In this document: one piece after another, positions 31,999-41,977 of the stretch | Position numbering within the stretch: the stretch's first letter is position 1 | Layout: the number at the start of each line of letters is the position of its first letter | Assembly: GCA_963932905.1 (NCBI GenBank) | Contig: CAWVRN010000021.1 | Span: 1-64,000 of the forward strand | DNA: 64,000 nucleotides | Direction: 5' to 3' | Source: an uncultured Bdellovibrio sp. | Lineage (GTDB): Bacteria > Bdellovibrionota > Bdellovibrionia > Bdellovibrionales > Bdellovibrionaceae | Made by a program: the position numbers and the translations under genes | The notes under the pieces: generated by a model | The model's database searches: none | The model's input: only the letters and a program-made list of their open reading frames with translations | What the model was told of the DNA's origin: nothing

Positions 31999-32230
31999 GA
32001 GCCGGATTTACTTGTTCGACTGGCTGATTCATTTTTGGTTCTGGAGGCGTTTCCACGGGAAAACTGTATGTTTCGCCTGCTGGAGATGCGATCCAGCGAT
32101 CTCTCATCATCGATATTGTAAGACCCAATCCAATAATAACGGCAAATGCAATTAACCAATAGACCGCTTTTGCCGGGAAAGATTCCGCAGCTTGCGATGG
32201 AGCATTGGCTTGTTGTACCGTTGTTGCCAT
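31973..32230 (-). CDS. Small single-TM hypothetical protein
   Basis: AGGAGG RBS, one TM, Pro-rich tail. Confidence 0.65.
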   Translation of the reverse strand: MATTVQQANAPSQAAESFPAKAVYWLIAFAVIIGLGLTISMMRDRWIASPAGETYSFPVETPPEPKMNQPVEQVNPAPTNGAPVQ

Positions 32231-32316
32231 AGATCCTCCTTTTAAAGTGCTTTAATAAGCTTTTTAATTAAGAAGGTGCAAATCTAGTTCCGAAATAGAC
32301 TGATAGCTAACAGATT

Positions 32317-32985
32317 CTAAAAAGAATAGCCTTTGTTCTTAAAAGCTTGGATGAAATTATTTTTTCCGTCGCTAGTTACCACGTCCCCATGAGCCATAAC
32401 GATTTGATCAAAATTCCAATTTAAAATACTTTTTACTGAATTTTGAAAAGCGGTACGATCTTTCACAATACTCATGGTAAGTCGACTAACACCAAATTTT
32501 TTATAAGTGCCGACAATTCGTAACATTATAGGAGCCGCCCATCCCTTAGGATGAGTCATATTAAACAAAAGATCGGTGACAATCAGTGATCGCGTGGCTT
32601 TATCAAAAAATACGACCTCGTTTAATCCGGGCATTCCTTTTAGTGTAACAAGATCAATTTCATCAGAATGCGGCCATGAATCCTGACCAAAAATTTTATT
32701 CCATTTTATTTCGGGCAGTTTTTCTTTGCAACCTTCGGGGCCCCAAATATTCGCGCTTTTAAAACGTTGGACCGTTTTAGGTAAATGCAAATGATGTAGT
32801 AGTGAGGGAGCCACAAGATCAGTGACTGGACCTAGTTCTTCAATTTGTCGATATTGTTCATCGGTGAATCTGATAGGTGAAATTATGACCACACCTTTGG
32901 CCGTTTTAATTACTGTCGAGCGAAGAGGTAAAATCACCATTTTCGCTGGCATATTTAGCTCAGACTCAAAAAAATGAATACTCAT
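32317..32985 (-). CDS. DUF4336 family (metallo-beta-lactamase-like) protein
   Basis: VAPSLLHHLHL, EVVFF...TDLLFN and MAHG motifs. Confidence 0.82.
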   Translation of the reverse strand: MSIHFFESELNMPAKMVILPLRSTVIKTAKGVVIISPIRFTDEQYRQIEELGPVTDLVAPSLLHHLHLPKTVQRFKSANIWGPEGCKEKLPEIKWNKIFGQDSWPHSDEIDLVTLKGMPGLNEVVFFDKATRSLIVTDLLFNMTHPKGWAAPIMLRIVGTYKKFGVSRLTMSIVKDRTAFQNSVKSILNWNFDQIVMAHGDVVTSDGKNNFIQAFKNKGYSF

Positions 32986-33098
32986 AGTATGAGCTTAAAC
33001 ATTCTAAACATGCGTCGGCAAGAGGATATGTTGACCTCATTGGTGTCCAGAGTTAACTATTTCCGTAACAAAATATCGTTATTACTTTTGGAGGCAAA

Positions 33099-33698
33099 AT
33101 GAACAACAGAAAACCAGACTATCCTATTGATCCGCAATTTATCGAGCGTTGGTCAACACGCGCGTTTTCTAATGAAGAAATTTCTGATGAAACTCTACGA
33201 ACGGGATTCGAAGCCGCTCGTTGGGCTCCATCGGCTAGCAACAGTCAACCTTGGAGGTTTTTGTTTTCACGCCGCGGAACACAAACGTGGGATTTGTACA
33301 CTAGTTTTCTAGTGGAAGGTAATCGCGTGTGGGCTTCTAAAGCAGCAGCATTGATAGTGGTTTTGTCTAAAAAGGATTTTAAATCGGGCGATAAAATTTC
33401 TGTTTCAGATAGTCATTCTTTTGATACGGGATCAGCATGGATGAGTTTTGCATTGGAGATGAATAAAGTTGGTTGGTACACGCACTGTATGGCGGGTATT
33501 CATCATTCTCAGATTAAATCTGAATTTAAATTGCCTGATAACTTCACGGTGGAAGCTATGGTTGCTGTGGGTAAATTGGGTGATAAAAAATCACTTCCCG
33601 ATTTCCTTCAAGCACGTGAAGAACCAAATGCGCGCAAGCCTGTAAAAAGTTTCGTAAATGAAGGCGGCTTTCCTGCGGATTGGCTTAAAACAGAGTAG
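33099..33698 (+). CDS. Nitroreductase family protein
   Basis: RWSTRAF, AARWAPSASNSQPWRF and SFDTGSAW. Confidence 0.93.
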   Translation: MNNRKPDYPIDPQFIERWSTRAFSNEEISDETLRTGFEAARWAPSASNSQPWRFLFSRRGTQTWDLYTSFLVEGNRVWASKAAALIVVLSKKDFKSGDKISVSDSHSFDTGSAWMSFALEMNKVGWYTHCMAGIHHSQIKSEFKLPDNFTVEAMVAVGKLGDKKSLPDFLQAREEPNARKPVKSFVNEGGFPADWLKTE

Positions 33699-33763
33699 GC
33701 GCCTAGGCGTACTATTTGCTGAACCCTAAGCGGGCGTTTCTTAAACGAAATAAGGGGTACTTT

Positions 33764-34471
33764 ATGCTTAGGGTTTTGAAATTAATACCGTTACTTGTTG
33801 TGGCCGTAATTCATATCGGCTGTAACAAAGATGCAGGTAAATCGGCACCAGTGGCGGTACCACTGAATGCGGCCGGGCTTAATATAAAAAATGAATGCCC
33901 ATCTATCCGTCAAAATTTAGAATCTAATCGCCACTCGTTAACTCCGGGAGTTCGCTTAACGCCATTGATGAAAGCGTCTTTCGAAGGTAACACATCCAGA
34001 ATTCGCTCTTTGTTAATGCATGATAAAAATATCGATATGAAAGATCGCTATGGAAGAACTGCATTACAATATGCGATTCTAGGTGGAAACGTGGACGCGT
34101 TTATGATTCTGTTTCGTGCAGGTGCCAATATCAACCTGCAAAATACATTCAAAGCTTCGTCGGTGCATTTAGCTGCTGTTTGGAACCGTACTGAAATGGT
34201 TAAGGTGATGGTGTCGTCTGGCCGATTAGACGTAAATTCAACAAGTAAATTTCAAGGTCTAACTCTGCTTCATTCGGCAGCTGCAAATTGTAATTTGGAA
34301 CTGATTCAATTCCTAATTCAGAAAGGTGCGGATATAAACAAAAAAAGTGCTGATGTCCGAAAAAATGAAGTGATGGTTTCAGGGAGAACGCCTTTGAAAG
34401 AGGCCGTGGCTGTAAGTGCCGGCGAATCGATTGATTTACTTCTGCAGCTAGGGGCTGATCCAAGTCTGTAA
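33764..34471 (+). CDS. Ankyrin-repeat lipoprotein
   Basis: Lipobox IHIGC; TPLMKA, GRTALQYA, GLTLLHSA and GRTPLKEA repeats. Confidence 0.85.
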   Translation: MLRVLKLIPLLVVAVIHIGCNKDAGKSAPVAVPLNAAGLNIKNECPSIRQNLESNRHSLTPGVRLTPLMKASFEGNTSRIRSLLMHDKNIDMKDRYGRTALQYAILGGNVDAFMILFRAGANINLQNTFKASSVHLAAVWNRTEMVKVMVSSGRLDVNSTSKFQGLTLLHSAAANCNLELIQFLIQKGADINKKSADVRKNEVMVSGRTPLKEAVAVSAGESIDLLLQLGADPSL

Positions 34472-34547
34472 CTTGTTCGATAACAGTTTGCAAAAGGTCT
34501 GCCTATTTATCTTTACAATAAAAGTAGACCTTCATAAGCTTGATCGG

Positions 34548-34841
34548 ATGAAAGATTATCAAAATATTTTCAGCGTCTTAATCACATTGTTCCTATCAAC
34601 GTCTTATTCGAAATCACCTACAAAGGAAGTCAAACCCAAAGAAGCCGCTGTGGCGGTTACAAGTTCTTTTGATTTGCCAAAAGGTTTTGAGGCTTCTGAA
34701 GTTCAAAAAAAAGAAATTCAAGATTGGTTTACAAAATATGTAGACATACTGGTTCGTGAAGGAGGTAAATGGAAATTCCAAACAATGGCCCAGGCCGGTT
34801 GGGGTGATTTGCTTAAAACACGAAAGAAACCGACTCAATAG
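34548..34841 (+). pseudogene. Probable internally deleted NTF2-like secreted protein
   Basis: The N-terminal helix EIQDWFTKY runs directly into the NTF2-type terminal strands YVDILVREGGKWKFQTM; central part appears missing (family recalled, not searched). Confidence 0.45.
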
Positions 34842-34851
34842 TGGAGGCTGC

Positions 34852-35265
34852 ATGACGTTTTTAAAAACCTTTGGCGTATCCATAGTGTCCTTTGCCGTTC
34901 TTGATTTTTTGTGGTTTAAATTTGTGGTGAAAGATTTTAATTCGCGTGAGCTCGCAGAGATTGGCCGAATTAAAGACGGTGAATTTGATATACTGCTAGC
35001 GCCGGCGCTAGGAACGTATGTCTTAATGGCGTTAGCAATGGCTTTGTTTGTGGTGCCAAATTTGTCTGGCGATAGTGCGTGGTGGAAAGCTTTTCTGTTA
35101 AGTGCGTGCATGGGATTAATTATATATGGCATATTCGACATGACTAACTTGGCAATACTAAAAAATTACCCTATCAAGTTTATGCTTGCAGATATGGCTT
35201 GGGGAACTTTTGTATTTGGACTTGTTGGTTGTCTAGCTCACTGGGTGGTCAATGTACGTACCTAA
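34852..35265 (+). CDS. DUF2177 family membrane protein
   Basis: LDFLW, YGIFDMTNLA and DMAWG motifs; GGAGG RBS before 34852. Confidence 0.88.
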   Translation: MTFLKTFGVSIVSFAVLDFLWFKFVVKDFNSRELAEIGRIKDGEFDILLAPALGTYVLMALAMALFVVPNLSGDSAWWKAFLLSACMGLIIYGIFDMTNLAILKNYPIKFMLADMAWGTFVFGLVGCLAHWVVNVRT

Positions 35266-35338
35266 ACATTTTTCTGGATCCGAAGAAAAAAACTGGAAAT
35301 TTTGTTACTGAGCTAGTTGTCCTAGCCAACATGTTCTG

Positions 35339-36169
35339 TCAACTTGATCTGGACAATTTGATTATAGTCGGCAGACTTTCTATCAAATCTAGCGGACGCA
35401 TGCTAATGACATCATTTCCATTTCTTAGAAACCGTTTGGAAGCCAGTCCGTGAAGATAGGCTCCCAAGGCGGCTGCGAGGCTGGGTTTTAAACCTTGAGC
35501 AAGTAATCCTCCTATGATTCCAGCCAGTACGTCACCTGTTCCTGCTTTCGCTAATGCTGGCGTTCCTGATTTTGATTTCCAAATAATTTCACCGTCGGCG
35601 ATATAGGTGATTGTGCCTTTAAGTAAAATAGTGCATCCATATTTTTTTTGTGCGAGATCTGCATAGCGACTGGGACTTCTTCTTATTTCGTCAGAAGAAA
35701 TGTTCAATAGTCGAGCAAGTTCGCCTTCATGAGGAGTTAATATCCAACTTGAAGGAATTTTAGGTTCTTTAATTTTAGATAAAAGTGTTAGGCCGTCAGC
35801 ATCAAGTATGACATTTTCTAATTTATTTTTAATAAAATAATTTAGATTGGATTTTGCTTTTATTGAAATGCCTAAACCAGGCCCCAAAACGTAAGCCGTA
35901 GCCTTTATTTTTTTCAACAATTCAATTTTAGGTCTTAAAAACAAAATATCAGGATGTTTAAGTAGTTGCGGATTGGTCCAATCCATCATTAGGTATGTAT
36001 ACCCGGCACCTGATCGAGTCGCCGCCAGCGCTGATAAAATGCCAGCGCCATACATTCCTGCAGACCCCGCGACTATAACAAGTTTACCAGCGTGTGTTTT
36101 ATTGGATTTTTTAGTGCGTGTAGGAAGATATTTTTTAACCAGTGCTTTCGTTACCAAACTTGTTTTCAT
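35339..36169 (-). CDS. nnrD: ADP-dependent NAD(P)H-hydrate dehydratase (stand-alone)
   Basis: AGSAGMYGAG, GPGLG, DADGL, LTPHEGE and AGTGDVLAG. Confidence 0.92.
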   Translation of the reverse strand: MKTSLVTKALVKKYLPTRTKKSNKTHAGKLVIVAGSAGMYGAGILSALAATRSGAGYTYLMMDWTNPQLLKHPDILFLRPKIELLKKIKATAYVLGPGLGISIKAKSNLNYFIKNKLENVILDADGLTLLSKIKEPKIPSSWILTPHEGELARLLNISSDEIRRSPSRYADLAQKKYGCTILLKGTITYIADGEIIWKSKSGTPALAKAGTGDVLAGIIGGLLAQGLKPSLAAALGAYLHGLASKRFLRNGNDVISMRPLDLIESLPTIIKLSRSS

Positions 36170-36276
36170 ACATATCATTTTGAGCTTAAAAGAAACGTTT
36201 GTCCACAAAAGGGGACAAGTGCAGTGACAAATAAGGAGTTTGCGGGTCGGCTAGGAACTTAGCAACTATCAGCTTG

Positions 36277-36292
36277 TGGCATTGATTATGCA
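36277..36292 (+). promoter_or_regulatory. Possible sigma54 -24/-12 promoter
   Basis: TGGCATTGATTATGCA (GG-N10-GC) 14 nt before the ATG at 36307. Confidence 0.35.
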
Positions 36293-36306
36293 ACTTCAGT
36301 TGTTCT

Positions 36307-36738
36307 ATGAGGCCGGATTACCACGTTTTCTTTGCAACTTATGTGGATTCATACAATCAAGCCCTTACGGGAAAGCTTGATACCGACCTTATTCGCAGTT
36401 TTTTTGCTGACAAATTTCTATCGGCGGGTCCTGAAACTGTTTCGACAGGAAAAAATGGATTCCTTTTTTCAATGCTTTTAAAAAAAGGATACGCGTTTTA
36501 TAAAAAAATGGGTGCTCGGCATTTACGAATTAAAAAACTGGCGGTAACAGCCATCGATTACTTTCATGATATGGTAAAAATTCAATACAACGCAGAATAC
36601 GTTAAAAAATCGGGGGAACCATTTTCTATGGATTTTGAGGTTACCTATTTTGTACAGCATCCAGATGACGTGCCAAAGATATTTGGATTTGTCGCCGGTG
36701 ATGAAATGCGGATGTATAAAGAGGCCGGCTTGATTTAG
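36307..36738 (+). CDS. NTF2/SnoaL-like protein
   Basis: FFATY...F.SAGP...GYAFYKKMG...F.VTY.V...PKIFGFVAGDE pattern. Confidence 0.7.
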   Translation: MRPDYHVFFATYVDSYNQALTGKLDTDLIRSFFADKFLSAGPETVSTGKNGFLFSMLLKKGYAFYKKMGARHLRIKKLAVTAIDYFHDMVKIQYNAEYVKKSGEPFSMDFEVTYFVQHPDDVPKIFGFVAGDEMRMYKEAGLI

Positions 36739-36747
36739 CGGAATGAT

Positions 36748-37350
36748 TCAAGCTTGAATAGTTTGAAAATAACGCTTCAGTGAATCATACAAAGTATCAA
36801 ATGCTTTCGGTTCATCTAAACCTTTCAGCATACCGTAAATACCTTCATGAACCATTACTATAAAATGTGCCACTTGACGGGTGTTTACATCAGATTTTAG
36901 TTGTCCTTGTTTTTTTGCTTTCTTAAGAATGAAATCTGTTTCATCAATCCAAAGATTCAAAGCAATTTGTAGGCGTTTTCTAAATCCTTCATCAACAGGT
37001 GACATTTCTTGTACTAAATTATTTAGAGGGCAGCCCAATCTTAAATTTTCCATACTGGACTTGCCGATCAAAGTTTTCATTTGTTTTAAAATTCCATCTA
37101 GAGGATTTTCATATTCGGCAAGAGGAGTAATCCATCGATCGATAATCATTGGCTTGATCACATCATCCACAAGAGCATAACCAAGATCTAGTTTAGTCGG
37201 GAAGTGATGATAGAATGCACCTTTTGTTAACGATGTTTTTTTAACAATATCGTCGACACTGACGCCTTGGAAACCACGGCTGAAGACTTCCATGAATGCT
37301 ACATCTAAAATTTCTTTTCTAGTTTTTTCTAGGTCCCTACTTTTTCGCAT
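36748..37350 (-). CDS. TetR/AcrR family regulator
   Basis: GFQGVSVDDIV..TKGAFYHHFPTK HTH; GCPLNNL. Confidence 0.93.
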   Translation of the reverse strand: MRKSRDLEKTRKEILDVAFMEVFSRGFQGVSVDDIVKKTSLTKGAFYHHFPTKLDLGYALVDDVIKPMIIDRWITPLAEYENPLDGILKQMKTLIGKSSMENLRLGCPLNNLVQEMSPVDEGFRKRLQIALNLWIDETDFILKKAKKQGQLKSDVNTRQVAHFIVMVHEGIYGMLKGLDEPKAFDTLYDSLKRYFQTIQA

Positions 37351-37379
37351 GTTGAAAGTCTAGCAAGCTTAACCCGATT

Positions 37380-37407
37380 TGACAACATACTAATCGGTAT
37401 GTTGTCA
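37380..37407. promoter_or_regulatory. Putative TetR operator overlapping a TTGACA -35 element
   Basis: Perfect inverted repeat TGACAACATAC-N6-GTATGTTGTCA between the divergent TetR and SRPBCC genes. Confidence 0.8.
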
Positions 37408-37431
37408 TGTTTGAAGAAAAAGAGGTTAATT

Positions 37432-37980
37432 ATGGCAAAAAAAATAGGTTTAGCGGTATTGGTTTTAGTAATAGTATTTTTAGGGTATGTATCGACTCGC
37501 GAAGGAAAGTTTCGCTACGAGCGAAGCGGATTGATAGACGCACCAGCGGATAAAATATTTCCATATATTAGCAATTTCAAACTGGGCGGCGAGTGGTCAC
37601 CTTATGAAAAAGTAGATCCCAATATGAAAAAGACATTTGGTGGAACCGATGGGCAAGTCGGTGCGACCATGGATTTTGATGGAAATGCTGAAGCTGGTTC
37701 TGGAAAACTAGAAATTTTAAAAATAGTGCCTAATCAGTTGGTGGAAATTAAGTTAACAATGACAAAACCGTTCTTTGCGGAAAACTTAGTTACATACACA
37801 TTAACCTCCGAAGGCGCATCGACTCGATTTTCATGGGCCATGTCAGGTGATGGTGGTTTCCTAGGAAAACTAATTGGTACTTTAATAGATTGCGAAGCCA
37901 TGGTCGCAGGCTCATTCAGCCAGGGTATTGCTAATTTGAAAGCAATTATTGAAGGACAAAAACAAAGCGCAAATCAATAA
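37432..37980 (+). CDS. SRPBCC / polyketide cyclase family protein
   Basis: N-terminal TM; RS..I.AP..KIF...WSPYEKVDP..K.T..G...VGA. Confidence 0.88.
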   Translation: MAKKIGLAVLVLVIVFLGYVSTREGKFRYERSGLIDAPADKIFPYISNFKLGGEWSPYEKVDPNMKKTFGGTDGQVGATMDFDGNAEAGSGKLEILKIVPNQLVEIKLTMTKPFFAENLVTYTLTSEGASTRFSWAMSGDGGFLGKLIGTLIDCEAMVAGSFSQGIANLKAIIEGQKQSANQ

Positions 37981-37983
37981 TCC

Positions 37984-37999
37984 TGGCATTTACGTTGCA
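37984..37999 (+). promoter_or_regulatory. Putative sigma54 -24/-12 promoter
   Basis: TGGCATTTACGTTGCA matches TGGCA-N6-TTGCA, upstream of the ORF at 38066. Confidence 0.55.
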
Positions 38000-38065
38000 C
38001 ACTCTTTTACAAACTGAATTTTTCTTCTTGTTTTGAGGAATAGTTCTACAGAGTAAAGGAGTGCA

Positions 38066-38254
38066 GTGATGGAAACTCAGCAAATGTCCCCAGTTTCTAA
38101 TGAAGGAACTTGGAAACGCGAAGAGGCTTACGAAAAACGTAAAGAGCCGTCTCCAAAGCCAGATGTTTCAAATCCAAATAAACCGGAAGTCGTTGAACCT
38201 CAGTTCGATAAACCTGATGTCGGTGTGCCAAAACCTATTAAATCCCAATTTTAG
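38066..38254 (+). CDS. Small hydrophilic Pro/Lys/Glu-rich protein
   Basis: AAGGAG RBS; KPDV/KPEV/KPDV mini-repeats. Confidence 0.6.
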   Translation: MMETQQMSPVSNEGTWKREEAYEKRKEPSPKPDVSNPNKPEVVEPQFDKPDVGVPKPIKSQF

Positions 38255-38289
38255 GAGTTGAATGTGTCCCAAGGAAGTAAAGCCAAATA

Positions 38290-39894
38290 TTAGTGAACGC
38301 TATAGGCATGGCCGGCAATGCAGGAGATCAGTTCTTTGGGGTTGATTGGTTTTGTCAGGTGATCGGTGTAGCCAACAGAAAGACATTTTTTTCTGACTTC
38401 GCTCATCGCATGAGCCGTTAGTGCAATGATCGGTTTTTTGTACCCGTTGTCACGTAGCCGTTTAGTAGCTGTGTACCCATCCATCAATGGCATTTGCACG
38501 TCCATTAATACCAAGTCATAATTTCCATTGATCGCTTTCTCAAAACCATCGAGTCCATTTTCAGCTGATTCTAAAAGAGCACCCGCTTTAGTTAAGAAGT
38601 GCCAAATTAAAAGCTGGTTATCTGGGGCATCGTCAACCACCAGGACTTTTACATTTTTTAGGAGTAGGCCGCCATCAGTGAGAGCACTGATGGTGTAATC
38701 CTTCTTTTTCTCTGCCATCTCGAAAGACATTTCTCGTTTTTCTGGGCAGTCGTCAAAGGTGAACAAGAAAGTACTTCCAAGATCAGGTATAGAAGATTTA
38801 ACAATAACATTTCCGCCAAGAGCCTTAGCTAGTTTCCTCGATAACGCTAAACCCAAGCCAGTACCGCCGAATCGTCGTGTCGTCGAGGTTTCGCCTTGGA
38901 CAAACATTTCAAAAAGTTTTTCTTCTTGGCCAGGCGTAATCCCAAGTCCTGTATCGGTAACTTCATACGCAACAAGTTCGCGACCATTCGCGTTTTTCAA
39001 TTTCAAACTTCTAATAGTAACAGAACCATTTTCTGTAAATTTGATCGCGTTGCTGACTAAATTAGTCAGCACCTGACGAACCCTGACTGGATCTGAAACC
39101 ATTTCATTCGGAGTCGAAGTGTCGGCAATATATCTTAGATTCAGATTTTTCTCTTTGGCTTTAACTTGGAATAAAGAAACGACTTCTTCTGCAATTTGTC
39201 TCGGTTTAGTTGTCAAGTACTCAAGTCTTAAATGACCAGCTTCTACTTTTGAAAGATCTAAAATATCGTTAATGATAAACGACAGCTGTTGTCCATTTTT
39301 TATTAAAATATCCACGCAGCTGATTCGTTCTTCTGAGGTTAGGTTTTCTTCGCGCAGAAGATCAGCAAAGCCAATCATGGCACTCAGTGGGGTTCTAATT
39401 TCATGTGACATATTTGCTAGGAACGCTGATTTCAATTCATTAGCTCGTTCGGCTTCTTCTTTAGCACGACGATATTTCGCAATCGCTACCACTTTTTCGG
39501 TGACGTCCGTAATAGTTGAAAAAAGGCCGATGATTTTGCCTTCTGAATTTTTATAGGGCTGACAAACAAAATCTATAAATAATTTTTTTGTGGTTCCATC
39601 TTGAAGATAAACTTCAAATGGATATTCTTTTCCATCAAACGGTTTTCCGTTAAGGAATGCGTCGTCTAGAAAGGGTTTGAAGCCTTGGGCAAGAACTTCA
39701 GGAAGCGCGTCAAAAATAGATTTACCAATTAAGTCAGATTCAGAAACGCAAAGTAAGTCTGCATAGTGAGGATTAGCCAGCTTGAAAATGTGATTAGGGC
39801 CTTCCAAAAGACAAACAGCCACCGGTGCTTCCATAAAAAAAGCATACGATTGTGCTGGATCCATCTGTAAAATTTTATCCCCAAATTTTGACAT
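38290..39894 (-). CDS. Cytoplasmic PAS hybrid histidine kinase
   Basis: PAS domain, SHEIRTPL, NAIKFT, GTGLGL, receiver MDVQMP. Confidence 0.93.
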   Translation of the reverse strand: MSKFGDKILQMDPAQSYAFFMEAPVAVCLLEGPNHIFKLANPHYADLLCVSESDLIGKSIFDALPEVLAQGFKPFLDDAFLNGKPFDGKEYPFEVYLQDGTTKKLFIDFVCQPYKNSEGKIIGLFSTITDVTEKVVAIAKYRRAKEEAERANELKSAFLANMSHEIRTPLSAMIGFADLLREENLTSEERISCVDILIKNGQQLSFIINDILDLSKVEAGHLRLEYLTTKPRQIAEEVVSLFQVKAKEKNLNLRYIADTSTPNEMVSDPVRVRQVLTNLVSNAIKFTENGSVTIRSLKLKNANGRELVAYEVTDTGLGITPGQEEKLFEMFVQGETSTTRRFGGTGLGLALSRKLAKALGGNVIVKSSIPDLGSTFLFTFDDCPEKREMSFEMAEKKKDYTISALTDGGLLLKNVKVLVVDDAPDNQLLIWHFLTKAGALLESAENGLDGFEKAINGNYDLVLMDVQMPLMDGYTATKRLRDNGYKKPIIALTAHAMSEVRKKCLSVGYTDHLTKPINPKELISCIAGHAYSVH

Positions 39895-40044
39895 AGGCCT
39901 TTCAAGTTGATAGACAAATTAAAGTAAAATAGTTTTGTGCCATGATTGTTTTCCTTTTGCAATTCTAGTTTATCAATCATCAAGAACAATTTTTTTTAAA
40001 CGGTTACTTGACTAAAGTAAAATGGTTTAGTTTTGATATCAAGA

Positions 40045-40778
40045 TTAATTTATAGGAAGTCCGCCAGTCTCTGCCAGTATGGCCCCCGTGATATAACTCG
40101 AATCGGCTTCTGAAGCCAAAAATACATAAGCCGGTGCAATTTCTTCGGGCTGCGCAGGGCGTTTTATTGGTTGTTTGATTCCAAATTGTTTAACTTTTGA
40201 TGTCTTCGTTCCTTTGTCAAAAACATTCAGTGGTGTCCACACGGGGCCAGGTGCAACTGCATTCACTCGGATTTGTTGTCTACTAACATTTGTGCTAGTG
40301 ATTTGGTGAAGGTATTGATAGCTCCTTTTGTGGCTGAATAGTCTGGAAGTTCTTTAGGTCCAAGCATTGCTGACCAAAATGTCGATTCCACCTAACTTAG
40401 ATACAGTTTTTTCCACGCTTTTTTACAGAAGTTTTCTTTACATAGGTCGCCTGGTATCAAGACACAGATTCGTCCTAACGCTTCCACATGTTCCTTTGTT
40501 ACTTGTGCATCCTTAATTTCTTCGGGAAGAAAAGTAATCGCAATATCTGCGCCTTCACGGGCATACAGAACAGCGACGGCACGACCGATACCGCTATCAC
40601 CACCAGTGATTAATGCTTTTTTTCCAAATAATTTTCCGGCCGGTCGATAATCAGGAGCCGCGAATTGAGGTCTGGGATTGATTTTCCATTCTAGTCCTGG
40701 GGATTTTTGTTTTTGTCCAGGGAACGGTGGTTTAGGTTTTCTGTGATTTTGGGGTGTCTTGTGTGCTGTCTTTATCAT
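40045..40778 (-). pseudogene. SDR oxidoreductase (general-stress YhdF/YghA type), disrupted
   Basis: TGGDSGIG, GGIDILVSNA, YSATK and VNAVAPGPVWTP lie in different frames: frameshift near 40416, internal deletion near 40363-40370, frameshift near 40277. Confidence 0.88.
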
Positions 40779-40876
40779 GCTTTCCTCCGACATTTGAAGT
40801 AAGCACATACCAAGGTTTCATAGATTCTTCTGATGGACAGTGTGGCTGCAACACCAATAAGAACTGCGTTTAGAAC

Positions 40877-41286
40877 TTAAAACCAACGTTTGTGTTCAAT
40901 GATAAGACAACGATTTGAGACGACTTTGATTCCTGCATTTTCCGCTTTTAGTTCCGCTTCGGGGTGCGAAATTCCCAATTGCAACCAAAGAACTTCGACG
41001 CCGCCGGTGTTGATCACTTCATCAACCACGTCAGGTATTTTATCAGAGCTTCGAAATACATCTAAAAACTTTCTGTATTCGGGAGGAATATCACTTAGCT
41101 TGCTGTAAATTTTAAAACCACAACTGAATGATTTTTTGGGTAGGTACCTACCATATCCCAACCATGATTTTTCATGTATAAGGGAACATAGTGGCTGGGT
41201 TTATCTTCATCAGGACTAAGTCCATACACCGCAAATTTTTTGTAGTCGGAAAGAAGTTTTTTAATTTCGTTGTCTTTTACGTTCAT
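40877..41286 (-). pseudogene. CoA-binding protein (YccU-like) with a single frameshift
   Basis: AVYGLSPDEDKPSHYV in one frame and DVFR..VLWLQLGI..NRCL in another; one base missing near 41121. Confidence 0.85.
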
Positions 41287-41362
41287 TTATAACCTCGATG
41301 AGAGTTTAAGTAGTTCGGAAGGTACTCTGCAAAACCTTTAGTTTTTGTATGGCGATATACAA

Positions 41363-41965
41363 TCATTGTGAATGAATCAGTTTTTTTTCAATTCTTCTGT
41401 CAGGAACCAGCCATATTAATGCTGCGATTATGTATAGCGCCATAGCAACTCCTTCTAGATAAAAAGCAGCGATCATAGCTAAGCAGTATAGGGCCGGAGA
41501 AAGTTTTCCTTTCCAATCTTTTCCGACAGCCTGCTTTAGAATTGAATTTGGGCCCTGTGAACGAATGATTGTCTGTTGCAATAACCAATAAGCGATAGCT
41601 GACATCAATAGTGTTAGGCCATAGATCGCTGTTGGCATGGCCGCAAAATGGTTTTCACCCATCCACCCAGTCGAAAACGGAATCAGGGACAACCAAAATA
41701 ACAAATGCGAATTTGCCCACAGAATGCTGCCCGTAACATTTTTGCACATATGTAACATATGGTGATGATTGTTCCAGTAAATGCCTAGATAAATGAAACT
41801 TAAAACATAGCTTAAGAAAACGGGAATCAACGGTTGCAGTGTTTCTAAGGTGTCACCATGAGGAACTTTTAATTCCAGCACCATAATAGTGATCAAAATA
41901 GCAATGACTCCGTCGCTGAATGCTTCGAGTCTGGTTTTTCCTATGCCTGCGTGTTTGTCTTCCAA
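41363..41965 (-). CDS. TMEM175 (DUF1211) family K+ channel
   Basis: RLEAFSDGVIAILITIMVLEL and YWNNHH signatures. Confidence 0.93.
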   Translation of the reverse strand: MEDKHAGIGKTRLEAFSDGVIAILITIMVLELKVPHGDTLETLQPLIPVFLSYVLSFIYLGIYWNNHHHMLHMCKNVTGSILWANSHLLFWLSLIPFSTGWMGENHFAAMPTAIYGLTLLMSAIAYWLLQQTIIRSQGPNSILKQAVGKDWKGKLSPALYCLAMIAAFYLEGVAMALYIIAALIWLVPDRRIEKKLIHSQ

Positions 41966-41977
41966 ATTTTACCTCTT

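Noticed and set aside
34614..35141. 175-aa - strand ORF
   Set aside because: Antisense to the DUF2177 gene; no recognisable features
13657..39894. DNA similarity between the two hybrid kinases around SHEIRTPL
   Set aside because: Ordinary paralogy of conserved kinase domains
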